From: Podarcis tiliguerta
Taxonomy: Eukaryota
Assembly (NCBI GenBank): GCA_965153285.1
Contig: OZ229110.1
DNA length: 64,000 nucleotides
Direction: 5' to 3' (one strand)
Below are positions 37,290 to 48,644 of this stretch, piece by piece (the first letter of the stretch is position 1; each line of letters opens with the position of its first letter). Below the pieces are notes generated by a model, which saw only the letters and a program-made list of their open reading frames with translations, ran no database searches and was not told the origin of the DNA. The translations under genes were made by a program, and so were the position numbers.

Positions 37290-37479
37290 CTTTAAAGATA
37301 TTAGTTTGTGGCAGGAAATTTAAAAAATTGTGAAACACATAGAAACAGACAAACTAAATAAACAGTTATTGACGTTGGCACACAACACCCCGAAATTTAT
37401 GACAATGAGCTATTATGGCACATTTAAATACCTTGACATTTGCTAATTCATTATCACTTTCACTGAATTGCTGATGTAC

Positions 37480-37566
37480 CTTTAGCTGCCGGAGGTTCCA
37501 ATTCTTTTGAGACCGATGGAGTAGGAATTATTTCTTGTGAAACAGCCTTTTCTCGAATCTCAGGTG
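37480..37566 (-). CDS. TTN: titin PEVK exon (divergent)
   Basis: 87 nt, APEIREKAVSQEIIPTPSVSKELEPPAAK. Confidence 0.86.
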
Positions 37567-37996
37567 CTTTAAAGATATTAGTCTTTTTTTAGAAATGTGG
37601 GCATTTTAAAATAAGAGGTTATTGCAGACCACAGACAAAACAACAGGACACACACATACATATTTCAAAGATCTTGGAAGAAATTTGACACGTATCTTCC
37701 ATGGTAGAATTACAGTGACATAACATTGCCTTCTGCATTCGTCTCTGCTTTGCAAGAGTGGCGATTCTAGATGAAAAGCAATATTCCTATTCCTATTCAG
37801 ATTTCTAGTACAGGTGATCTGAATTTTATCCCATTTAATTATTCCCCCTAAAATTGCATGGGATAATTTGTCATTAATTTGGCAAGAAATTCTCCTACAT
37901 TGCACAAAACACTGAATTATATAAGAGAATAGCAGGTGGGGAAATAAAATGGCGAAATGTCTCATTTCACTGCAGTTGTAGCTAGAGGTGTGTTAC

Positions 37997-38077
37997 CTTT
38001 AATGGGCGGGGCTTCTTCTTTAGGTACAGGAGTCGGTTTCTTCTTTTCTGGCACAGCTTTCTTTGCCGCCGGAGGCA
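37997..38077 (-). CDS. TTN: titin PEVK exon
   Basis: 81 nt, VPPAAKKAVPEKKKPTPVPKEEAPPIK. Confidence 0.88.
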
Positions 38078-38219
38078 CTTTAAAGATATTAGTTTATTTT
38101 TGAGTATGTATACAATTATGTCACACATAAGACAAAAAGGAGCAGGCCAACAAAGGGCCTGGATAATACAATGGTAGCTGCTTGCTTTGTGAAGTTAGCG
38201 GAAGAGGTGGTGTATGTAC

Positions 38220-38303
38220 CTTTAATGGGCGGAGCTTTCTGTTTTATAGGAACACCAATGGGAGCCGTTTCTTCTGGGACAGCTTCCTCTTCCAGTTCAA
38301 GCA
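38220..38303 (-). CDS. TTN: titin PEVK exon
   Basis: 84 nt, VLELEEEAVPEETAPIGVPIKQKAPPIK. Confidence 0.87.
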
Positions 38304-38944
38304 CTTTAAAGATATTAGTATATTTGAGACGTTTCGAAAGGACACGCAAAGGACAGGTTGAGGGGGGGAATAAATAGCACACAGTGAAGACCAGCAGATC
38401 AAGAAAACAAACGAAGTTAAAAAAAGAATAATCCTAGAACTAAAGAAGCACAACTCATTTACAATTTGCTCTCTGACATCTATGTTGTTTCCTGTGAAAT
38501 GGCTAACAGCAGAAACAGTGATTTTTGCCACAGCGGCTGAATTACTATGCTCTTCTTGACACAGTGACAACAGGCTCTGCTCATACTAACAACTCAGATT
38601 CCTTCCCTTATGTCTATGTTTGGCCAAGTGCATTTGTTTTAGACTGTGGAGGTCAAATGATTGATAGGAAGCTTCGCAAAGGAAATTCAGCACTGGAGCC
38701 AGAATCCTACCATCGGAGCATAAGACCTGCTACCTCACTGCAATATGTCCTCACGCCAAAACATGTGGACAATAATATTTTAAATCATGACATTTTGATT
38801 AAGCAAAACACAGCATGATAAGGTGTTTGATATTATACAAAATCAGACACCTCTTACTATTCTCAGTGCCAATTAAATTGCTAAACTGACTGACCGGCTT
38901 TTCAAGCTTAGTTATTTTGCAAATTGAATAAAACTCTGATGTAC

Positions 38945-39028
38945 CTTCGACTGTAGCACCTTCCTTTTCTCTGGAGATAATATAAGTAACTTTTTCTTCC
39001 CGTAATGTTTTCTCATGAACTGCGGGAG
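38945..39028 (-). CDS. TTN: titin PEVK exon (divergent)
   Basis: 84 nt, APAVHEKTLREEKVTYIISREKEGATVE. Confidence 0.84.
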
Positions 39029-39524
39029 CTTTAAAGATATTAGTTTTCTCTTAGTTGGGTTTTTTAAAAAAATAGTTATAACATCTTTAAACGCAAGACA
39101 ACAATAACACAGAGAAAAGAATAACTAAACAAATCCTTTTTCCATTTTAAAATACTTCAGGGGCAGAATATCATTTTAATGGTTTCCTACCCAGGAAAGA
39201 AGGGGATAATGAGCAATTTAAATTTAATAAAGTGGCTTGGCCGATAAAATACATTTTCCAATGTCAGCTATACCTCTTTTCCTTTATACAGTAAATGCCA
39301 TCACTTTATTTAGGACAGCTTCCAATCACAGCTGTTGTCAACATCGCCAACAGATTTTTGTAAGCCAAATGAAAATGTTTTCTCCAGATTTCATAGGATT
39401 TATGATACACTTGTGCCAGGAACATCTAAGGGCCTTACTGCTGTGATCTAAGCACACTGATCACGCAACTACACTGACGGAGATATACTTTTTTTTGTTC
39501 TTGTCTATTCAAAATTTCATCTAC

Positions 39525-39608
39525 CTTTTACTGTGGGAGGTTCTTCTGCTTCATAGGTAGTGATGGATACTTTTTCTTCAGGGACGGCTCTCTTGGGAAT
39601 GTCAGGCA
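39525..39608 (-). CDS. TTN: titin PEVK exon
   Basis: 84 nt, VPDIPKRAVPEEKVSITTYEAEEPPTVK. Confidence 0.87.
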
Positions 39609-39767
39609 CTTTAAAGATAGAGCATGTACTCAAGCTTATTTGGAGAAATACACACTTCTAAAATAATGTGCACATTGCTGAAAGTTCTCTTCTGAGGCGT
39701 TAGTGATAACACCATAGACGAGAACACAGGAATGTCAACATTCTTTCTGTCTTACTACTGAATCTAC

Positions 39768-39851
39768 CTTTAGCTGGTGAAGGCTCTTTCCTTTTGGGAA
39801 CAGTCTTAGGCACTTTTTCTTCAGGAACAGCTTTCTTAGGTATCTCAGGCA
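39768..39851 (-). CDS. TTN: titin PEVK exon
   Basis: 84 nt, VPEIPKKAVPEEKVPKTVPKRKEPSPAK. Confidence 0.89.
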
Positions 39852-40068
39852 CTTTAAAGATACAATACTTTTGTTTAGTTATTTGTGAATCTTACATGAA
39901 TGCTATATACATAATTACAAAAGAAGGGAACGCAAAACACAAGGACACACCATGAATACGTACACATACAGAACAAACACAACATACCATTGAAGGTGCA
40001 CAACACATTTATACAAAATACACAGAGAGAAGATGAAAGATATACAAGATAGCGAAGAGTGAATGTAC

Positions 40069-40146
40069 CTTTAGGTGGCGGAGTTACTTCTTTCTTAGGA
40101 ACAGCAAGAGGTACTTTTTCTTCTGGTTTCTTTTTTGCTGCGGGCA
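40069..40146 (-). CDS. TTN: titin PEVK exon
   Basis: 78 nt, VPAAKKKPEEKVPLAVPKKEVTPPPK. Confidence 0.89.
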
Positions 40147-40962
40147 CTTTAAAAAACATGCGTTTCTTTTAAGAGTTTGCCATTCTTTGAATTACGAATC
40201 AAGTAGAAGAATAAACAAAAGAGACTAAAAATGCCACACAAAATGACAGAAAGGGGTTTAAAAAATGACACAGACGCATAGGGGCAATATTGATTAAATG
40301 TCAAGTTCGACAGAGAAGGGGAAAAAATTATGTATCCCAGTTTGTTAGCTATACTGATCTGCCTTCTCTTATCTAGTTGCTTACCTATATGGGAAACTGT
40401 TCCACTAAACATAATGAAACTTAGGTGGTTTGGAACCACAATCCAACTACACCCTGTCTCAAGCCCCATTCTTCCTCTGAAAAGCCACTCTGGAAGGTCT
40501 CCTCCCCTGGCAGCTGAACACACATGGTTGCCGGCTGATGGGAAATCCCCTCCCCAGTTGTCATGGCCATGGGTACAACTTTCTGCCCAGCAAAGCCAGG
40601 TTCACATTGACCAATCAGAGGCCCAAGCTGGGGGAGTTCCTCACTAGTTGGCCAGGCATTGGCTTAACAGAACTGAGGAAAAGCTATCAGATGTATACAT
40701 AGCTCATGCCCTTAGTTCAACTAACAGGTTTGTATCCAACTCAGAGCAGACACAGTGAAATTAATGGGGCTATGTTAGTCATGACCTTTAATTTCATTGG
40801 GTCTGTTATGACTATGACTAACAATGGATACAACCCATAGTGACACATTAAAATTAATGTCCTATCTGCTAGTGAAAACTGAAATGTAAGGACAACGATC
40901 ACCCATAAGGGCACCTGATTTTTCAGGGTACACAAAGGAACAGATTCAGCAACTTTATGTAC

Positions 40963-41046
40963 CTTTAGCTGGTGGAGCTTCCTCTTTTTTAGGTACAGCA
41001 ACTTTTACTTTTTCTTCAGCAATGGCTCTTTTAGGCACCTCGGGCA
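40963..41046 (-). CDS. TTN: titin PEVK PPAK exon
   Basis: 84 nt, VPEVPKRAIAEEKVKVAVPKKEEAPPAK. Confidence 0.89.
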
Positions 41047-41366
41047 CTTGAAAAACATTTTACGAAGGAGCTTTTAGTTATTTACAAAGAAACCAAATTG
41101 CCAAATTCAGAAGACTGTAATCACAATTACAGAAGAAGTCTCTAATCATTAAAGGAGGATACACCCATCATTAGCTTTTGAACTCTTCAGTAACAACAGC
41201 ATAGTTGGTTTGATCCACTCTAGGAAACCTGTCCCTCAAATGGAGTCTTGTAAGCATAAAAGTAGGGAACACTGGGGTGGATTTTTGGGGGGAGGGGAAA
41301 TTTGGGCATTCAAAAGAAGGTTCAATCTTAGGGCAGCAACAAACAAGAGGTAAGTGATTAATATAC

Positions 41367-41705
41367 CTATTGCTGGTGGAACCTCATACACTTCCTCATA
41401 TTCTTCAATCTCCTTGGTCTCCCGAACCTCTTCATAGTACTCAAGTTCCTCCGGTTCTGGAGCTTCTTCATACTGTTCAAATTCTTCTGGAGCTTCCTCG
41501 TATTGCTCGACTTCAGGTTCTTCTGGAGCTTCTTCATATCTTTCAGGTTCTGGGGCTTCCTCATATTCTTCAGGTTCTTCACCCTCTTCTACCTGAAGAA
41601 ACTCCTCAGTCTTCTCATAGGTCTCATATTTCTCATATTCTTCATAGAAGTATTTTTCAACAGTGACCTGTTCTTCAGGGATGGGTTTCTTACGTACCAC
41701 AGGCA
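41367..41705 (-). CDS. TTN: titin PEVK polyE exon (YEEAPE repeats)
   Basis: 339 nt, aag|VPVVRKKPIPEE...YEVPPAI|gtatat. Confidence 0.89.
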
Positions 41706-42187
41706 CTTTAAAGATAGCATTAATTTTTCATTATTTCAAAGACTTGCTGGTGCATAAGCATACAAAGCAAACATAGAAAGAAAACCACCCAAAGTTATCA
41801 TTATAATTACAAGAAGGGTTTTTAAAAATAAAAAAGGGATACCTGCAATGCTAGTAGCCTATAGTAATAGACTAGAAGATGTTAGAAAAGATCAATAATA
41901 AATTATCTTTATAAGATATTTAGAGATGCACAAAAACAAACTTAGGTGAAAGAATTTTCTTTGATTTAACAGCAGATATTTTTTCCTCAGAGATGTTAAA
42001 AAATACAGTGCTGTTTTAGGTAGGCATTTTTAAATTGTTTACCAAGTATAAGAAAACCACACAATTCATAAAGCATGAATAAAAACGAATGCAAGAAGTT
42101 ACTAATGTATATTTGACTGTGATAAAACACACATATAATTAGTAATATGAAAGAAGAACATTATAACACAGATAAGAAGAGTTGTAC

Positions 42188-42271
42188 CTTTGGCAGGTGG
42201 AGCCTCTACTTTTTTAGGAGGAGCAGTTGGTACCTTCTTTTCAGGGACAACTTTCTTGGGTACCTCAGGCA
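42188..42271 (-). CDS. TTN: titin PEVK PPAK exon
   Basis: 84 nt, VPEVPKKVVPEKKVPTAPPKKVEAPPAK. Confidence 0.9.
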
Positions 42272-42598
42272 CTTTAAAGACATGACACCACTACTTTAGC
42301 TTTTTTATATATATTGCACAATGTCAGTCAAACTACAAGATCACAAGCAACACACAGACATACAAGATGACACAAATCACTATGCTGATTTAGGATGCAA
42401 TCCTATACCCATCATTTTCCTGGGTGTAAGTCCTATTGATCCCAATGGGACTTACTTCTGAATCGAAGTGTATAGGATGGCATTGTTTAGTTGGTTCAAG
42501 TTCAAACATAATGGGACAACAACAACAAAAATGACTGGTTAATGCCATGATAAATGTTATCATCTTATGTATCTATAAGTATAGATTTATGGATATAC

Positions 42599-42673
42599 CT
42601 TTCTCTGGAGGAGCTGCCACCTTTTTAGGAACAGGGACTTTCTCTTCTGGGACTGGTTTGGGAACTTCAGGCA
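42599..42673 (-). CDS. TTN: titin PEVK exon
   Basis: 75 nt, VPEVPKPVPEEKVPVPKKVAAPPEK. Confidence 0.89.
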
Positions 42674-42913
42674 CTTTAAAGAATATTGAGTTGTTTTAAG
42701 AATTTGGTCTCGAGCCAGCGTGGACAAACACATATGACATTGCAACATTTAAGAGCTGTCTATTCAGACAACTTTGCCATATTCCCAAAAGTGAACACCA
42801 GGTATGACGTACGGCAACCCTACTTTAATAGCTAATGAATTAATACAAATAGTTATCAGTTATGGACAAAAATAAAAATAAAAATTGCACACCGTTTTAA
42901 AGATTCGATATAC

Positions 42914-42988
42914 CTTTTTTGGGAGGAGCTGGGACCTTTTTGGCAACAGGAACTTTCTCCTCCGGAACAGGCTTAGGAACCTCAGGCA
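42914..42988 (-). CDS. TTN: titin PEVK exon
   Basis: 75 nt, VPEVPKPVPEEKVPVAKKVPAPPKK. Confidence 0.89.
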
Positions 42989-43149
42989 CTTTAAAGACAG
43001 CATAGACTTAATTTAAAGCCACCGCACACACAAACATGTAAGACTTCACAGCATTGTTAGCTATGTGTTTCAATGCTCTGAGACATAATGATAATTTCTA
43101 GACTTAAAGTAAGTGTCAAAAGTGTTCTGGTTTTGATATATGGCTATAC

Positions 43150-43224
43150 CTTTTGCTGGAGGAGACGGCACCTTTTTGGGAACAGGCACTTTCTCTTCAG
43201 GGATGGGTTTAGGAACCTCAGCCA
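43150..43224 (-). CDS. TTN: titin PEVK exon
   Basis: 75 nt, VAEVPKPIPEEKVPVPKKVPSPPAK. Confidence 0.89.
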
Positions 43225-43608
43225 CTTTAAAAAAAAAAAAAGCATGATAGTGTTTTGAGAATATGTTTTGTTTTTTTTAAAAAATCCTCAGTGCTAACAC
43301 AACACCAAGAAGCACCAAGAACAGGAAGTTGTGTACAAAAAGCAAGAAATTTGCAGAACAAGAACTTCAGCAATTCAAGAACCCAACAGACAATATTCTG
43401 CCAGGAAGCCATTTTCCATACATTACAAACAGACAAAAGTGACACAGGACAAACATGTTGTACTATATACATTTTGAAATTTCGCCTGCACATAGTTTAA
43501 ATCCCCCTGAATTCACTGGCAAACAAGAAGTTTCTTTTATCTTCTGGAAGGTCAGGTTGTTAGTACAACTGAAGAAAACATACACTAATTCTTTGTTACT
43601 CAATGTAC

Positions 43609-43692
43609 CTTTTGCTGGAGGAGGCTCCACTTTTTTGGGAACAGCTGCAGGGACTCTCTTTTCTGGGACGACTTTCTTTGGCACTTCTGGGA
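43609..43692 (-). CDS. TTN: titin PEVK PPAK exon
   Basis: 84 nt, VPEVPKKVVPEKRVPAAVPKKVEPPPAK. Confidence 0.9.
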
Positions 43693-44900
43693 CTTTAAAC
43701 ACATATTTTCGGATTAAGAATTTTGTTTTTAATCCACTTATGTTGGGGGTGGGGCAGGGCGGGGAGCACAAACACAGGTCACAGCATAGGCCACAATCCA
43801 TGAATCTGCTTTAGGGTTTGCATAACAGAATTTGTGACTATTCCTCTCGGAACAGCAGCCATGCCATATCACACACTACATTAGAAATTTCGCAGTTTCA
43901 TAAACAATTTGCGAAACAGTATGTGGGCCTTTGTTCATGATAACTAAACAATGCACAGCAATCCTATTCATGTTTACTTAGGAGTAAATTCCACAGTGTT
44001 CAAAGAAGTGTCATTATACCAAATCAGATCATGAGTTAAGGTTAAGGTTAAGGTTAAGGAATCGGGTCTGGAGCTTTTTACAACTGGGTACCCTGTTAAA
44101 GGGGTTTGGGAAGGGATATTGCTGTTCAGAGGTCACATGGAGGCCAATGGGCCAAAGCACCCCACTGAGAGCCGGCCCAGCGGGGAGCATCACACTTGAT
44201 GCGTGTTGGGGCGTGACCTCTTGACCCAACTATCACCAACCAGCAGGTAGGCTGGTTGATCTCGGATACCTACCCAATGTCTTCTTCAAAACCAGTTCAC
44301 ATGGTTTGCCTCCAACATTGGATGGCACACCTCTTGAGTATGGCTATGCAAATATCTTTACTTAGAAACAGTTATCTTTAAATACTTAAGTGCTATTATT
44401 TATGTCTTTAGAAACAGGTTTGTCAAATTATTTTCAGAGGCGTTATAAAGAAAACTGCAGCACGAAACCAGATCAAGAAAGAGAAGTATTTAGGCTGCAA
44501 TTAAAAGTATGTCTGCAGTCCTATGCCCATTCACTTGGGAGTAATCGTTCATTGTCTCCAATGCTGTTTTACTGATTAGCCAATGGAACTTTCCTGTTGT
44601 TTCCTCCCACCTGCAGTGCCACTCTGTGCACCCTCAAAATTCACATATGGAAGTCAGGGGACTATTTGAGCAGATTTTGGGGGGTGCATGGGGAAAAGGG
44701 GGGAAAGGGAAGTCCCACTGAATGAGCAAAACTCTGCTTGCCTAGAATTTGGTAAGCCTAGCAGAATTTATACCTGAGTAAACATGCATAAGATCAGATT
44801 GCATGGCTTTTAGAGAACGTAAAGCAAACGACACAGATCATATTATTGTTCTTATTTTTAAAAGAGGTCTTTGCTAAGGATAATTATGAGCTGAATGTAC

Positions 44901-44981
44901 CTTTTTCAGGTATAGCTTCCTCTTCTTCAGGTATATAAACAGGTGCTTCTTCTGGGACAGGCTCCTTTGGTATGTGAGGCA
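44901..44981 (-). CDS. TTN: titin PEVK exon
   Basis: 81 nt, VPHIPKEPVPEEAPVYIPEEEEAIPEK. Confidence 0.87.
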
Positions 44982-45160
44982 CTTCAAAGATTTAATTTGA
45001 AGAATGTGATTTATGGGTTTGTTGTGACAAAGAAAGAGACAGAAATAGAAAGAGCTGACAGGCAAGGGACAACAACTATATTTGACATACACAAGCATCA
45101 CATCTAAGATTAAAGAAACACATGAGATCAAGAAGACTGGTTTTGACTGGGTTGATATAC

Positions 45161-45244
45161 CTTTAGCTGGTGGAGGTTCTGGTTTTTTGGGCACAGTGAG
45201 AGGCACCTTTGCTTCAGACACAGCTTTCTTGGGTATCTCAGGCA
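45161..45244 (-). CDS. TTN: titin PEVK PPAK exon
   Basis: 84 nt, VPEIPKKAVSEAKVPLTVPKKPEPPPAK. Confidence 0.9.
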
Positions 45245-45505
45245 CTTTAAAGACACCAAGAAACAGACTTTGTATGCCCATTGTATCACAAAAAAGAAAG
45301 AACAGATGTAGTAGAAGACAAAACACAAAAACCACTGATATCTCGGGTGGGTGTGTCTGTGGATGTAAATCTACACATCCTTGTTGATTCTGCATGGTTA
45401 ATATTGCTTGTTGAAATATTCTGCACATATCTCTGTGTTAAACCATAGGTAAAGCACTTACACATGTATGTATAATTTATATCTTTCAAATATTATTTCA
45501 GATAC

Positions 45506-45589
45506 CTTTAGGTGGAGCGGGCTCTGGTTTTTTGGGGACCGCAACAGGCACTTTCTCTTCTGGCACGGCTTTTTTCGGCACGGCTGGCA
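45506..45589 (-). CDS. TTN: titin PEVK exon
   Basis: 84 nt, VPAVPKKAVPEEKVPVAVPKKPEPAPPK. Confidence 0.9.
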
Positions 45590-45864
45590 CTTTAAAAAGA
45601 TTAATTTGCAGATTGATTTGACTCCTGCCAGTATTGAGACACCACAAAGCAAAAGAACTAAAAGAAGAATGTGTTGCATCTGAACTACAAGGGCAAGGGG
45701 ATTTGCAGATCTGCTCTTAATGAAACTGCCAGGTTTTTCTCACTGATATAATGTTTCTTTAATATTTATATTTATAGGCCCACCCTTCAAGGTATTGACC
45801 ACCCAGGGAGAGGTACAACAAACTGCAGCCATGCTATGTAATGTGGCAGGTCAATTGCTTACAA

Positions 45865-45996
45865 CAAGGCTCTCCAAACTTGAGTCACCAGCTGTTTTTG
45901 GATTACAATGCCCATCATCCCTAGCTAGCAGAACCAGTGGCCAGGGATGATGGGCATTGTAGTCCCAAAAAACCCACCAAGTTTGGGGAAACCCTG
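45865..45996. mobile_element. hAT (Charlie-like) MITE
   Basis: Same family as 60124-60260; TSD gcttacaa/gtttaaaa (6/8). Confidence 0.8.
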
Positions 45997-46033
45997 GTTT
46001 AAAAGGATGACCAGGTGAACAAGGGGACAATAC

Positions 46034-46111
46034 CTTTAGCAGGAGGAGCTTCCACCTTTTTAGGAACAGGTACTTTCTCTTCAGGGACCACTTTCTTGGG
46101 CACTTCAGGCA
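46034..46111 (-). CDS. TTN: titin PEVK PPAK exon
   Basis: 78 nt, VPEVPKKVVPEEKVPVPKKVEAPPAK. Confidence 0.9.
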
Positions 46112-46431
46112 CTTCAATTGAAAGAGACAGTACTTTGAGCATAGAGTTTGGTTTCCAAATGAAGATGGAGAACAGTGACACAAAACACAAGAAGATTTTT
46201 TGTTGTTGAAGAAAATAAAGAAAATAAAGAAAACAAGAAAATACATTTAACAGGATTAAAGGACTATTAACACAGTTATTGTTATTGCACGGCAATTTTT
46301 ACCACATAAAAGTGGGTCATGACACAACATCAACACAACAGGAAAATCTAAGTACATCATTGCAATCAACAGCCTAGTTGTAGCCCCAAAGGTAAGTTTA
46401 TTTGCACAGGGCAAGCCTCACACTGATTTAC

Positions 46432-46509
46432 CTTTAGCTGGTGGGGCTTCTTTTCGTTTAGGAACCGGAACCTTTTCTTCCGGGATGGGTTTCTTTGGCA
46501 CCTCGGGCA
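46432..46509 (-). CDS. TTN: titin PEVK PPAK exon
   Basis: 78 nt, VPEVPKKPIPEEKVPVPKRKEAPPAK. Confidence 0.9.
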
Positions 46510-46688
46510 CTTTAAAGATAGGGCAAGAGATTGTTGAGGACACCACACCGTTCACACAGCACATTAAAACAGAGAGTCAACAAAGGCCATGTCTACAGTT
46601 GATCCCCAGCCCACTAACACCACTGAGCCAATAAACTTAATGAACTGAAAGCAAGAGTTTGAGGACACCGAATGAAGAGATGATGTAC

Positions 46689-46775
46689 CTTTTGCTGGAG
46701 GAGCTTCCTTCTTCTTGGGGACAGGCGCAGGAGGAGCCTTTTTCTCAGGGACGGGCTTCTTTGGTACCTCAGGCA
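46689..46775 (-). CDS. TTN: titin PEVK PPAK exon
   Basis: 87 nt, VPEVPKKPVPEKKAPPAPVPKKKEAPPAK. Confidence 0.9.
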
Positions 46776-47051
46776 CTTGAAGGATAGGATTGTATTTAAA
46801 AGAATGGACGCACCAAGACGCACCATAAGAACACAGCTGTATTGCAACGCTCTGACATGACCCCCGCAAGCTTAGTTAACTTAAGGAAAGTTGCTTGCTC
46901 CCTCTTCCCCCTTGCAGCCACTTGCATCCCCTGAAAGTCCTCTCTAGAGTGTTGGGGCTCCTTCCTGAATACAGTGAAATGGGGCGTACATAGCTGTTTT
47001 TTTTATAATCAAGCCAGACCATTGGTCCATCTAGCTCCTCATTGTCAATTA

Positions 47052-47293
47052 CAGTCGTACCTTGGATCCCGAACGCCATGGTGCTCGGATGTTTTGGCTC
47101 CCAAACGCCGCAAACCCGGAAGTGACTGTTCTGGTTTGCGAACTATTTTTGGAAGCCAAAGGTCTGGTGGGGCTTCTGCAGCTTCCGATTGGCTGCAGGA
47201 ACTTCCTGCAGCCAATCAGAAGCCACGCTTTGGTTTTCAAACGTTTTGGAAGTCGAATGGAATGGATTCCATTCAACTTCCAAGGTATGACTG
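47052..47293. mobile_element. Tc1/mariner-pogo MITE nested in an older SINE
   Basis: TA TSD; TIR cagtcgtaccttgga / tccaaggtatgactg; internal sequence shared with 15081 and 29901. Confidence 0.87.
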
Positions 47294-48060
47294 TATAGTG
47301 ACAAACGGGGAATTCTTAGTCCTACCTGGGAATGTCAGGGATTGAAACTAGAACCTTCTACATTCAAAGCAGATGTTTTACACAGTCCTTCTGCAGATGG
47401 GGACACTGGTGCTGGGAGGGGAGAGTAATTCAAAAGCAAAGATTTAAAGATAAGCTATTTAAGGGAAGGTCATGGAAGAGAAATTTCCCATCTCCTATAT
47501 GGTTAAGATATATTGCTCGGCACATGGAGAGGGGTGGTTGGCACTGCAAGAACATGGGGACACTATCGGATGCTAGACATTTTCTTCCTGATCTCACTAT
47601 TCAGTAGAGCATAGGACAATGCTATCAGATGTTCTGTATATATTTTTGTAATCTATTTTACCCCCAAACTGTATGCTGTTGTCTTCTCTGGTTATTTACT
47701 CCCTGGGAACTGTGGTGTCACAGGGTTTTGGCACACAACTAGCTTGCTGAATTGACATTTTATTCAACTTGGAGAAGCCTGGGTGGAAATGAAATATATT
47801 CCTGAGAGTTTTGCTAGGACTAAAGACACTGCCTAGCGTGGACAAGCCCTGTGTTTCTGGCACATTCTCTAATTCAACTACAGCTATTTCTACTTGCAAC
47901 ATGAGCTGCACCGCACACATCTCATAACAAAGGAAAGCAAAATGAACCGAAAGCAAAAACCAAATAAATAACCAAGCGAACAAAAGCCAAAGCCAAACCA
48001 AGAGCATTTAAAAAAAAAAAAATCCTTTCTTTGTAATGCACTTGTAAACTGGGATGTTAC

Positions 48061-48387
48061 CTTTAGCTGGAGGAGGTGGAGGAGGCACTTCTTCCTCTTC
48101 CTCATACTCAGGAACTTCTTCATAATAAGGAACTTCCTCCTCTTCATACTGAGGTACTTCCTCCTCATATTGTGTGACTTCTTCCTCATATCGGGTGACT
48201 TCCTCCTCATAATGAGAGACTTCCTCCTCATAATGAGTGACTTCCTTCTCATATTGTGTCACTTCCTCCTCTTCATATTGTGTGACTTCCTCCTCTTCAT
48301 ATTGGGGAGCCTCTTCCTCCTCTTCATATTGAGGAACTTCCACATGAACCACTTCTTTGCGAGTAACGGTCTTACGGACTTCAGGCA
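48061..48387 (-). CDS. TTN: titin PEVK polyE exon (YEEEV repeats)
   Basis: 327 nt, aag|VPEVRKTVTRK...VPPPPPPAK|gtaaca. Confidence 0.9.
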
Positions 48388-48560
48388 CTTAAAAATACGA
48401 ATTTTCAAGAGTCTTAGCTAACATATAATTAACGCATACTAAGAACCAAATTTCACTGCAATGAAAGAATCAAGCTAGGACAAGAACACTCAGATATACA
48501 GTAGCAGACAGTATACACTTATGGCACACAAAGCACACATTGGCACAATATTAAATGTAC

Positions 48561-48644
48561 CTTTAGCTGGAGGTTTCTTCACTTTAGCGGCAATTGATAT
48601 GGGCATTTTCTGTTTTGTGGGAATTCTCTCAGGTTCTTCAGGAA
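48561..48644 (-). CDS. TTN: titin PEVK exon
   Basis: 84 nt, VPEEPERIPTKQKMPISIAAKVKKPPAK. Confidence 0.87.

Noticed and set aside
44034-44058. (TTAAGG)4 resembling a telomeric repeat
   Set aside because: Not TTAGGG and only four units; more likely a retroelement tail, but I could not assign the adjacent sequence to a family
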